A stretch of 64,000 bases of DNA, from contig CAYLUC010000003.1 in NCBI GenBank assembly GCA_964386765.1, positions 20,595 to 84,594 of the forward strand, read 5' to 3'. The number at the start of each line of letters is the position of its first letter. The first letter of the stretch is position 1. A model generated the notes under the pieces. It had not been told where the DNA came from. It searched no databases and was given only the letters and a program-made list of their open reading frames with translations. The stretch is from an uncultured Candidatus Poseidoniales archaeon. GTDB taxonomy: Archaea; Thermoplasmatota; Poseidoniia; Poseidoniales; Thalassarchaeaceae. Shown here in pieces: positions 1-8,915 of this stretch. The position numbers were made by a program, and so were the translations under genes.

Positions 1-1
1 G

Positions 2-370
2 GAGGCTCCATCGTCTATATCTCTGGATTTAGACTATGAGGGTACGGGCCCAAGAGACTACAATATTGCTATCGAAGGGGCAGCTGCTAGAATTGCATCA
101 GTAACGACTCAAGGGGAAATCAGCCCGGGTGACCAACTAGTCATTGAGGTAGAGCCTGGGGGACTAATGGAACCAGGAATGTATGCAAGGGGGGAGATTG
201 TCTTCCAAGATGAGAACGGACTCGAGAGTAGGGTGGAAATAACCCTGATCGCAGAATCCCCCTTTACTGGTAATGGGTGGTTATCATGGCTTTCCAAGCC
301 CTCCAATGGGCTACCGATAATTTGTGTACTTCTGGCAGTATCTATTTTGACCGGCCAGAAGAGGGAATAG
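2..370 (+). CDS. 3' fragment of a surface protein (gene starts upstream of the window); C-terminal 'GLP' + hydrophobic helix + basic tail (LPIICVLLAVSILTGQKRE)
   Basis: Frame 2 is open from the window edge to the stop at 368-370. The C-terminal TM anchor with a basic tail matches the other surface proteins in the window. Confidence 0.4.
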   Translation, partial: EAPSSISLDLDYEGTGPRDYNIAIEGAAARIASVTTQGEISPGDQLVIEVEPGGLMEPGMYARGEIVFQDENGLESRVEITLIAESPFTGNGWLSWLSKPSNGLPIICVLLAVSILTGQKRE

Positions 371-1450
371 TCACCTTTTGCTTGGATTGCTCCATCTTGA
401 ATCCGTCGACGGCCTCGATATCTCAAGGAACCTCCAGTCTCCAGTACCTACATCTATTGGACAGATCCAATGTTTGTTCACTCCTGAGGCAAGTCTGGAT
501 GTTAGGCACGCCTTAGCCCAGTCACTCACCGCAGTCACGCTATCCTCGGGGTCATTGATTAGCCATGGGGCGTGATCATCCCCCACAGAGCCAGTGTAAC
601 ATCTCCATGTAGTTCCGAATTTGAATCCGGGACGTGTATTGAGTCCCCTATCCCACATTTCTTTCAGCAAGCTAGCCGTCCTAGTCATCCCAAGCTCGGA
701 ATCCGCGAGCATCATGGAGGAATCAGTATTGCAGAAGTCCGATGAGGGATCCCCTAGGATCTGAATTAATTCCCTCTCTGAAACATCCAGCTGCCGACCA
801 CCATGAATTGGGACTCCAATCACTTCCGATGGCCACTCATTAGCATTCGCAATGAACACGCCCCCTGTGTCCGCCTCCACATAATCGTAGAATGAGATTT
901 TCTTGTAGTCCTTGTCGGAGGGTGGCTTAAGCTCCCCAGTAGGGTCTACTATCGACAGGTGGTAAGTCACCACTGAGAACTCCCCATCTATTACTATGGA
1001 TTCAGCTATCCTTCCCCTTCCCTCGACCTCCTTAGTCCATTCATACAGGTTCATCTCAGCAAAACTCTCTTTGGACGTGAACCATCTCACCTCCGCAACG
1101 GGGGGGTCTTTCCGGGGGTGTTTGTCTGAGCCCCATCTAAGTCCCCATGACTCTTCTGAGTGCTCAAGTCCCATGCTTTCTAGATTGCACTTCAGGACTA
1201 TTTTGTTCCCGGGTACCCTGAGGGCCTCCATTATTGCACCTTCTTGGATGGCGCATTCATTTTCACCAATGGCCATCAATAACCAGTCGTCACTAGGAAA
1301 ATCGACATGTCTGTGGTCCCTACAGAAAATCATTTCACACGCTGTAAGGATTAAACCTCCACTGGATATTGGCCTACCTATGGCCGACTTATGCCATAGC
1401 CTGTCAGCCGCGGATCCATCGTAGACCCATCCCCCATCGACACGCTCCAT
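371..1450 (-). CDS. Hypothetical protein, possibly an Ntn-hydrolase (C45 acyltransferase/peptidase-like)
   Basis: The ORF is long. It carries a 'TACEMIF' motif followed by 'GENECAI', reminiscent of the C45 autoprocessing Cys and NExG motif. The start is set at the internal Met (MERVDGGW) so it does not overlap the divergent kinase gene. Confidence 0.35.
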   Translation of the reverse strand: MERVDGGWVYDGSAADRLWHKSAIGRPISSGGLILTACEMIFCRDHRHVDFPSDDWLLMAIGENECAIQEGAIMEALRVPGNKIVLKCNLESMGLEHSEESWGLRWGSDKHPRKDPPVAEVRWFTSKESFAEMNLYEWTKEVEGRGRIAESIVIDGEFSVVTYHLSIVDPTGELKPPSDKDYKKISFYDYVEADTGGVFIANANEWPSEVIGVPIHGGRQLDVSERELIQILGDPSSDFCNTDSSMMLADSELGMTRTASLLKEMWDRGLNTRPGFKFGTTWRCYTGSVGDDHAPWLINDPEDSVTAVSDWAKACLTSRLASGVNKHWICPIDVGTGDWRFLEISRPSTDSRWSNPSKR

Positions 1451-1526
1451 GTTAGTACGATGGCATACTAAACTTGATTCCGTCGGTCTAGTAAGTATCA
1501 TTCGCCTCGACCTCCGCGCAACAAAC

Positions 1527-2585
1527 ATGGAGTCACAGAGTGATGCCAGAATGGAGGCTGATACATTACGCAGGCTAAGTGCACTGCTCGATGATTTCGA
1601 AGGTACAAGAGTCACACTAATTGGGGACGTAATGCTTGATAGATATCACCACGGGTATGCAAACAATCTCAACTCAACAGCTCCTGTTCCGGTGTTGAGA
1701 ATCATTCGTTCCGAAGAGTCTCCTGGAGCTGCTGCCCATATAGCAAGAGGGCTCAATTCACTAGGTATGGACGTCGACTTTTTCTCTTGTGTGGGGGATG
1801 ATGAAGAAGGGAAAACGATCCTGGAGATGATATCCAACGATGGAATCTCGACATCAGGAATTACTGTTGTACCAAATCGAAAGACACTAACTAAGATCAG
1901 GTTCTATGGTAGCAGAGAAAGCCTACTGGAACAGAGCCAAGTGCTTCTTCAAGCGGATAGAGGGCCATTGGAAGATCTCGGCAAATCTGTTAGCGATGAG
2001 CTAATCGAAGCCGCCCTCAAGTCTATGCCAAACAGTAAGGCGATAGTACTGTCAGATTATCACAAGGGGGTAATAACGGAATCGGGGGCATCTAAGCTGA
2101 TTTCCAACGCAAAGAAATTGAAACTTCCTTGCATTGTAGATCCAAAGCTTACCGGCCTTTCAAGGAGCAAAGGAGCCGATGCAGTGATTTTCGGTAGGAG
2201 GGGGCTTGAACTTCAGAGAAGAAGGCTGATGCTAGAGGGCGCATCAGAGACCGCAGCTGAACTAATATCGACATACGATTGGGGAGCTATTGTCGTTCTA
2301 GGTGGTGTTGAAGGAATCAATCTCTATCTTCCGAATGGGGAAGAGCTGTCCATTCCCTGCAGGGCTGACGCACCTCGTCAACAGATAGGCCTCCATGACG
2401 CGGCTGCAACAGCTCTGGCAGCCGCTCTCGGCAATGGCCTGGACATTATGGATGCGACGTCACTAGTTGCTGCTGCCTGCGAGTGTGTACTAACGGCCGC
2501 ATCTAGTCAGGAGTTTGTCGATAGCGGCACTCTAGGCATCTGGCTCGACGAACTATCATGGAAGCTGCAGATTTCCGATAGATAA
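1527..2585 (+). CDS. D-glycero-beta-D-manno-heptose-7-phosphate kinase-like sugar kinase (HldE/RfaE domain I, PfkB family)
   Basis: 'VTLIGDVMLDRYHHGYANNLNSTAPVPVLRI' closely matches the HldE kinase N-terminal motif (VLVVGDVMLDRY...EAPVPV). The fold is ribokinase-like. No adenylyltransferase domain is present. Confidence 0.65.
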   Translation: MESQSDARMEADTLRRLSALLDDFEGTRVTLIGDVMLDRYHHGYANNLNSTAPVPVLRIIRSEESPGAAAHIARGLNSLGMDVDFFSCVGDDEEGKTILEMISNDGISTSGITVVPNRKTLTKIRFYGSRESLLEQSQVLLQADRGPLEDLGKSVSDELIEAALKSMPNSKAIVLSDYHKGVITESGASKLISNAKKLKLPCIVDPKLTGLSRSKGADAVIFGRRGLELQRRRLMLEGASETAAELISTYDWGAIVVLGGVEGINLYLPNGEELSIPCRADAPRQQIGLHDAAATALAAALGNGLDIMDATSLVAAACECVLTAASSQEFVDSGTLGIWLDELSWKLQISDR

Positions 2586-2612
2586 GGAACATGAACCCAA
2601 GGGGTTCAAGAC

Positions 2613-4085
2613 ATGTTCTGTAGGGCCACAATCGTGAAACAGCGGACCTTGTTCATTTCACTGGCGATGGCTATTGCGCTGGTAGCATTTGCTCATAATG
2701 CCGTGGCCGAAGAGGTCAACACCTCGTTTATTGGCTTCAATGATGATAATGGTTTACAAATTTCTGAGCATTCGACAGTTTCAGGATTCCTTGTTTCATC
2801 GATGGAGCCATCAGAGGGAGCTACTTGGACAGTAATAGAGCAATCGGGGGATGATACTGTTGTCAGGGGCGGGGGACTCTTGCAATTTAGCGAACCAAAT
2901 GAGTATGGAGATTTGCTGAAGTGGTTATGGGAAGCTACGGTAGAACCGGCAGAAATAGGGGACTGTTCGTGCATTCTCGAGGTTTCGATTTCGGACTCAG
3001 ACCAGAAAATGTCCTCATCATCACTCGCAGTATTCATTGGGAACACTTCTGGTTCGGTGTTACTGACTGAAAGTCCCGCACCAGAGTCGTGGTCAGAGGG
3101 TGAGGTTGTATTCTCTGGATGGTCTGCGGCGTCTTCAGATTCTACAGCCACAATTTCGTTCTCACTTCTTCATGCGAACTCTCCCTCAATTAGTTGCACC
3201 GTCCCCCCTCCTGCCTCTCCTAACCAGGATTCCCTGACTGCTGTAGGCCATTACTCGCAAATCGTTGATGTTTCAGAATTAGATGATGGCTGGTACTCGG
3301 CATGGACAGTTTCCTCCACCCAAATTTCATCGGTAAACCATTGTGTGTCAGTAAGGGTCGACAATACCCCTCCCATTCCCTTAATCATTGGGCCCAGTAG
3401 TGCCAAGGAGGGAGATGATACTCTATTATTCGATGGGGGATCATCAGATGATGGCTACTGGGGAAAGGGCGATTTGTATCACATTTGGACTCTGTTGGAT
3501 AAATCAAATCCAGGCTCCACCCCCGTATCGGTATCCCAAGGTGAAAGCATGTTCTCACTGGAGACAGACTTATCTGGTAATTTTGAGTTGCTATTGAGGG
3601 TTGTAGATGGAGGGGGGCAATATGCCCTAGCATCCAGCAATATTTCAATCACAAATGTAATCCCGTCAGTCAAACTAACAGTCGACGGAAAGTCGCTCTC
3701 GCATGGGGAGAGCATCAGACTATCATCGGGCCTAACATGGGACATAGATGCTTCAGGTTCCCTGGATAGTACTAATGACATCAATGGACTAAAATGTGTA
3801 TGGAAGGTAAACAACGAACCTGTATACGAGGGCTGCCAGAGGTCCTTTACATGGCCAGAATCGGACTCTGAAAAGTTGATACTCACCATAGAGGTCATTG
3901 ATGACGATGACGAGTATTCATTCATTTCAGTAGAGTTAGTTCACCCAAACTACACAGACGACCTCCCTCTGGGCCTGATTGTTCTAGTATTGTCTGCAGC
4001 CTTCCTCGCATCCGCCGTTCTCTTCAGAAGAAAATCCTCTTCCATGGGTGAAATACCCAAGTGGCAGACCAGCGAGGAGAAATGA
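2613..4085 (+). CDS. Secreted or cell-surface protein with an N-terminal signal peptide and a C-terminal TM anchor plus basic tail
   Basis: The N-terminus is hydrophobic (LFISLAMAIALVAFAHNAVA). The body is Ser/Thr/Asp-rich. The C-terminus reads 'PLGLIVLVLSAAFLASAVLFRRKSS'. Confidence 0.5.
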   Translation: MFCRATIVKQRTLFISLAMAIALVAFAHNAVAEEVNTSFIGFNDDNGLQISEHSTVSGFLVSSMEPSEGATWTVIEQSGDDTVVRGGGLLQFSEPNEYGDLLKWLWEATVEPAEIGDCSCILEVSISDSDQKMSSSSLAVFIGNTSGSVLLTESPAPESWSEGEVVFSGWSAASSDSTATISFSLLHANSPSISCTVPPPASPNQDSLTAVGHYSQIVDVSELDDGWYSAWTVSSTQISSVNHCVSVRVDNTPPIPLIIGPSSAKEGDDTLLFDGGSSDDGYWGKGDLYHIWTLLDKSNPGSTPVSVSQGESMFSLETDLSGNFELLLRVVDGGGQYALASSNISITNVIPSVKLTVDGKSLSHGESIRLSSGLTWDIDASGSLDSTNDINGLKCVWKVNNEPVYEGCQRSFTWPESDSEKLILTIEVIDDDDEYSFISVELVHPNYTDDLPLGLIVLVLSAAFLASAVLFRRKSSSMGEIPKWQTSEEK

Positions 4086-4129
4086 CAGTTCTTTACTACA
4101 TTTCAAGAACTTTGGCCTAGACGCGATGG

Positions 4130-5446
4130 ATGGATATTATGACTGCCCTGCCATTTGGAGAAGGTGAATATCGCAGGAGGCAGGACCAGTTCTTGTCGAA
4201 CATGCCTCATGACTCACTAGTTATTATCCCAAACAACGCAGTATCAATCAGATCCAATGATACCAGCTACCCATACAGGGCAAATTCGTACATCCTGTAT
4301 CTCTGCGGATGGTCAGAACCAGACTCCGTTTTCACTGCCAAATTTGAAAATAGTGTTTGGAAAACTACTCTATTTGTTAGGCCGAGAGATACTAAGGCCG
4401 AGATTTGGGAAGGAAGGAGAGTCGGTCCAGAAGGTGCATTAGCGGATTGGCCAATAGACAACTCGTTCTCCATTGACGATGTAGAGAAAATCATTTCAAA
4501 GGATCTGAAATCCGGTTTGAAACCGTCTGCAATTCAGGAAATCGACTTGAATATCGACAATTTGATATCAGATTTTGAGATGTCAGATATACCAGATCCG
4601 CGTACCGTATTAGACAAAATGAGGACCGTAAAATCAGATGCAGAAATTGGTTTAATGAGGGAAGCTGCAGAAATTGCATCCACTGCTCACGTGAAGGCGA
4701 TGAGGGCAACATTCCCTGGAATGGGCGAGTGGCAGATACAATCCGTAATTGAGGGCCACTTCATTGATTCAAGGAGTCAGTGGAGTTACAAGTCAATTGT
4801 CGGCGGTGGAGACAATGCTACGGTTCTACACTATGGCAGTAACTCCGATCCTATTGAGGACGGGGAATTGGTTCTAGTGGATGCGGGATGCGAGGTTCAT
4901 GGATATGCATCGGACATTACAAGAACGTGGCCAGTTAATGGGAAGTTCACAGAACCCCAAAAGGAGATCTACAATCTCGTTCTCGAAGCCGAGATGGCTG
5001 GTATTCGGGCCTGTAGGGTAGGATCAAAATGGAACTCCAGCCATAAGGCAGCATCATTAGTTCTGGCAAAGGGCCTGATAGAATTGGGAATTCTGGATTG
5101 TACACTTGAAGAAGCTCTGGGTGAGAATCTAGACGGCCCATTCAGGAACTATTTCATGCATGGAACGAGCCACCTTCTCGGCCTCGACGTTCATGACGTT
5201 GGAGGGGGTAGGAAGGGCGACGGAAAACCAGGCCCAACTCTTGAAAGTGGCATGGTGCTAACCGTCGAACCCGGACTCTACTTTGCTAGTTGGAGGGACG
5301 ATGTAGAGATACCTGAGAGGTACTCGGGAATAGGGATTAGAATAGAGGACGACGTACTGATTACTGATGATGGGCCAGTAGTTCTTACATCCGGATGCCC
5401 TAAGTCAGTAGACGAGATAGAGTCATTGATGGCCAAAGGTGATTGA
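4130..5446 (+). CDS. pepP: Xaa-Pro aminopeptidase (M24B, aminopeptidase P)
   Basis: The N-terminus resembles AMP_N ('SYPYRANSYILYLCGW'). The M24 metal-binding region reads 'HGTSHLLGLDVHDVGG', 'VLTVEPGLY'. Confidence 0.85.
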   Translation: MDIMTALPFGEGEYRRRQDQFLSNMPHDSLVIIPNNAVSIRSNDTSYPYRANSYILYLCGWSEPDSVFTAKFENSVWKTTLFVRPRDTKAEIWEGRRVGPEGALADWPIDNSFSIDDVEKIISKDLKSGLKPSAIQEIDLNIDNLISDFEMSDIPDPRTVLDKMRTVKSDAEIGLMREAAEIASTAHVKAMRATFPGMGEWQIQSVIEGHFIDSRSQWSYKSIVGGGDNATVLHYGSNSDPIEDGELVLVDAGCEVHGYASDITRTWPVNGKFTEPQKEIYNLVLEAEMAGIRACRVGSKWNSSHKAASLVLAKGLIELGILDCTLEEALGENLDGPFRNYFMHGTSHLLGLDVHDVGGGRKGDGKPGPTLESGMVLTVEPGLYFASWRDDVEIPERYSGIGIRIEDDVLITDDGPVVLTSGCPKSVDEIESLMAKGD

Positions 5447-6611
5447 TCTGCGTTGGTCTGAAATTATTGCTATTCAAATGGGCGAAAATCCACCGCGTCT
5501 TTCGGTTGACGATGCAGTGACGATTTATGAGGATGCAGACTTGAACGAATTGATGTACGCTGCCAACATTAGAAGAAAGAAGATGATTCCCGGAAATGAA
5601 GTCACTTACCTAGTTGATAGGAACATAAATTACACGAATATTTGCACTATTAATTGCCAATTCTGTTCTTTCTATAGGCCACCGGGCCACGCTGAAGTTT
5701 ACACCCAGTCTGTTGATGAGATTAGTGAGAGAATATCCGAACTGGAGGAATGCGGCGGCTCTAGAATCCTGATGCAGGGTGGGGTCAACCCAGATTTACC
5801 ACTTTCTTGGTATACAGATCTACTATTGGAACTAAGATCAAGGCATCCAACAATAGATCTCGATTGCTTCTCGCCAATAGAGATTGAAGGGATCTCCGAC
5901 GTATGTGGACATAGCAGTGCTTCAGTGCTCCAACGACTAAAGGAAGCGGGAATGCACGGTCTTCCAGGGGGAGGAGCTGAAATGCTAGTTGATGACATCA
6001 GAAATGACATCTCTCCATTGAAAGGCTCTTCTGAAAACTGGCTCAGGATTATGGGAGAGGCCCAAGAGATTGGCCTAACCACTTCAGCGACCAACGTCTT
6101 TGGTTTCGGTGAGGCTTCATCTGATCGCGTCGAACATATGAATAAAATAAGGAAAATGCAAGACTCTGCAATTTCAAAAGGCCACTCCGGATTTACTTCG
6201 TTCGTTTCATGGCCTGTGCAACTTGATAACAACGTATTCGGCATGAGGAATGGGGGATTGAATAGAATCGAGCTCGGCACCTCATCTTCAGAATATCTCA
6301 GGCATCTGGCCGTATCCCGGCTTTTCTTCGATAACATCGCACATATTCAAGCATCATGGCCAACAATGGGGCTGGAGGTTGCACAGATTGCCCTATTGGG
6401 GGGGGCCGATGATGTAGGATCCACTATGATGGAGGAAAACGTAGTTTCAGCATCTGGAACAGATAGAACCGAAGCCTCCGAAATAGAACTGCAGAGAATT
6501 ATTTCATTGGCTGGATTCACTCCCAGGAAGAGGGACTCAGATTACAAAAGATTGGAAACAGAGAATATATTCACAATGAAGGTGAACGCACCGCCACCTG
6601 TTCAAATGTAA
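5439..6611 (+). CDS. Radical SAM enzyme of the menaquinone-via-futalosine family (MqnC/MqnE type)
   Basis: 'YLVDRNINYTNICTINCQFCSF' carries the CxxxCxxC motif in the context typical of MqnC/MqnE/CofH. By synteny it is tentatively MqnC, since the other paralogue sits beside mqnA. The start may instead be the internal Met at 5478. Confidence 0.7.
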   Translation: MIDLRWSEIIAIQMGENPPRLSVDDAVTIYEDADLNELMYAANIRRKKMIPGNEVTYLVDRNINYTNICTINCQFCSFYRPPGHAEVYTQSVDEISERISELEECGGSRILMQGGVNPDLPLSWYTDLLLELRSRHPTIDLDCFSPIEIEGISDVCGHSSASVLQRLKEAGMHGLPGGGAEMLVDDIRNDISPLKGSSENWLRIMGEAQEIGLTTSATNVFGFGEASSDRVEHMNKIRKMQDSAISKGHSGFTSFVSWPVQLDNNVFGMRNGGLNRIELGTSSSEYLRHLAVSRLFFDNIAHIQASWPTMGLEVAQIALLGGADDVGSTMMEENVVSASGTDRTEASEIELQRIISLAGFTPRKRDSDYKRLETENIFTMKVNAPPPVQM

Positions 6612-7685
6612 TCACAACTCAACCCTTCCACTTCTGACTGGAAGAGAATCAAATGACACAGAATTGGGATTATCAACAATAACTGGCCTAACCCACTTCA
6701 TGCTCATGCCAGAATCCGTAACGCCCTCAACAACAATCTCCCAGTGTATTGCTATCATGGCGGAATACACCGAACCCGGCCATTCTCTTTCAGGCCCGGA
6801 CAAAGTAGAAATCTCCGAATCTACTTCATGCCATGGGCCACAGTCTTGAATCCTCATCGGCTCTAATAGGAGTATCCTGCCCCTGCTAACAGTCATTGGA
6901 AGGGATTCACCAACACCGGTGCCATGTTCATCTCCAGTTGAAATCCTCCTCTCTGGGAGTGCTGTTGACATTCCCGGAGCTGGCTGTCCAGTTTCACTTG
7001 TATTGGTGGCCATCTGCACAACCCTCCTCTCAGGAACAGCGACCCCAACTTGAATTCTACACCTCTTAGCAGTAAACCCACTAGGCGATGCATACTCAAG
7101 AACCTCAATCTTTGAGGAACTGCACTCACCTACTCTCATTTGCGGACTGCCAAGAGGCTTCGATATGTACTCCTCCTGCCTTCTGATGTCTCTTAGATTA
7201 GCAATAATTCTAACTGCTATTGGAAGGATGAAAATAGGGAATGAGAATAGAATTAGAAGTGGGTAGTCTAGAGGGCCTATTCTAACTGGCGTGTAAATTA
7301 TCTCTGCAATGCCCCCTACTAGATCAATTAACGCAGGCTCTAGGGCATGAAGAATCAGCGATACAATGAGCAGTATTACTGAAGGCCTAATCATCCTCCT
7401 CGCCAATGAGTGAATTGGATCAGGTACGATATACCAACCATTACGAGTCCTCATTAGAAATGGCAGCGTTTCCCTCGTGACTTCAGTACATATTCTCGGA
7501 AGTTTTGGGTCCTTCAAACTCCCCTGCCTCCACTCAATCATCCAACCATCATCGGTGCCGAGTTTGAAATCGGGCGGGGGAGTGTTTTCTGACTCCAATA
7601 ATACCTCTACTAGGGGAATCTGTTCAGGATCAGTATTGTAATGCTCGAACGGGGGATAACGGACCCTCTGTATGGACTCGTGCAT
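6612..7685 (-). CDS. Hypothetical protein with 2-3 central TM helices
   Basis: The ORF is 357 codons and fills the gap between the radical SAM gene and the geranylgeranyl reductase. The C-terminal half is low complexity, so it may not all be coding. Confidence 0.3.
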   Translation of the reverse strand: MHESIQRVRYPPFEHYNTDPEQIPLVEVLLESENTPPPDFKLGTDDGWMIEWRQGSLKDPKLPRICTEVTRETLPFLMRTRNGWYIVPDPIHSLARRMIRPSVILLIVSLILHALEPALIDLVGGIAEIIYTPVRIGPLDYPLLILFSFPIFILPIAVRIIANLRDIRRQEEYISKPLGSPQMRVGECSSSKIEVLEYASPSGFTAKRCRIQVGVAVPERRVVQMATNTSETGQPAPGMSTALPERRISTGDEHGTGVGESLPMTVSRGRILLLEPMRIQDCGPWHEVDSEISTLSGPEREWPGSVYSAMIAIHWEIVVEGVTDSGMSMKWVRPVIVDNPNSVSFDSLPVRSGRVEL

Positions 7686-7688
7686 TTC

Positions 7689-8915
7689 TTAACCCCAAAT
7701 TAGCGCCTTAGTGGCCTTACCTGCTACCTTTCGGAACTCTGGAACTTCTTTCAAGAGCCTTACTCCTAGTGGTATAGGATTGTCTATCTCGCCATATTCA
7801 TTAATTATTTCAATCACGTCTTTCCTGGACCAAATCGAAAATATCTCATCCAACTCTTCATCACTAGATTCGGTGACAAAAGCATCACGTAGGGCCTTAG
7901 CCTTGCTATGCCTCCTCCTCATAGGACCTAGAATATTGGAAATCCTCCTAGTATTTTCTTCGGTGAAGTCCCCCTCGGTAATGGCACGCGACAATTCGAG
8001 AACGAGTAGGTCTACCTGTTCAAAACCAGGCCCTATTCCGCCACCCGTTGTTGGCTTACAGGAACCAGCTGCATCTCCAAAAAGAGCTACCCTATTACCA
8101 ATTGTTTTCTTTATCATACCACTAGGAACAGGGCCGCCAAACTTCCCAACGATCCTGCAATCGGAGAATCTTTCCGACCAAATAGAATCTTGCATTAATC
8201 GATTGATTAGTGCCTCGCATGACTCTCCTCCAAGTAGATCGGGTCGACTCCACATACCAATTCTTGTAGTGCTACCTGAAGGAATGGCCCATGCGAAGAA
8301 ACCCGGTGCGATTCCGCTTCCTGTGTACATGTCAAGAACGCCATCATTTCCGGGATAACCAGTTACCTCTACCTGGAAACCAACCATCATTTCTCTTGGT
8401 CTACCCATTCGAAAATTTCTCCTGACCCATGAATGTGCACCATCGCATCCGCATACTATCTGACATCGGACATTTACAGTTAACCCATCTTTCTTCACTT
8501 TCAGCAAAGCATATCCTTCATTGACCTCAACTTCATCTGGGGCACTGGAAAGCCAGATATCAGATCCTTCGCTAACAGCACGGCTTACTATCGCCTCGTC
8601 AAACTTCTTTCTGCATACTGACCATGTCCTAATCCTATCTGGATTACCAATCTCCACCGGAGTTCCAGATGGGCCGTGTATCCTAGCTCCCCAAATGGGC
8701 GTCAATACTGTCTGCTCAAGAGAAACCCTGCTCATGGCATCGGGATTGATTAAGCCCGCGCACTGAAATGGCCTGCCTATCTCATCGTGCTCTTCAATGA
8801 TCAGAACACTATGGCCCTGCTCCCTCATCTTGAGGGCTAGGTATCCGCCTATTGGCCCTGCACCTACTATGGCCACATCATAGTGGAACTCCACAATACC
8901 CACGTAATCACCCAC
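7689..8915 (-). CDS. FAD-dependent geranylgeranyl reductase family oxidoreductase
   Basis: 'VAIVGAGPIGGYLA' is a Rossmann GxGxxG motif. 'CGCDGAHSWVRR' is the GGR signature. Confidence 0.75.
   Translation of the reverse strand: MGDYVGIVEFHYDVAIVGAGPIGGYLALKMREQGHSVLIIEEHDEIGRPFQCAGLINPDAMSRVSLEQTVLTPIWGARIHGPSGTPVEIGNPDRIRTWSVCRKKFDEAIVSRAVSEGSDIWLSSAPDEVEVNEGYALLKVKKDGLTVNVRCQIVCGCDGAHSWVRRNFRMGRPREMMVGFQVEVTGYPGNDGVLDMYTGSGIAPGFFAWAIPSGSTTRIGMWSRPDLLGGESCEALINRLMQDSIWSERFSDCRIVGKFGGPVPSGMIKKTIGNRVALFGDAAGSCKPTTGGGIGPGFEQVDLLVLELSRAITEGDFTEENTRRISNILGPMRRRHSKAKALRDAFVTESSDEELDEIFSIWSRKDVIEIINEYGEIDNPIPLGVRLLKEVPEFRKVAGKATKALIWG

Noticed and set aside
6612-7685. Considered as a UbiA/MenA prenyltransferase completing the menaquinone pathway
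   Set aside because: It has only 2-3 predicted TM helices, and no NDxxDxxxD or DxxxD Asp-rich motifs are visible.
7711-8358. 215-aa plus-strand ORF
   Set aside because: It is antisense to the geranylgeranyl reductase gene and is Ser/Pro-rich low complexity.
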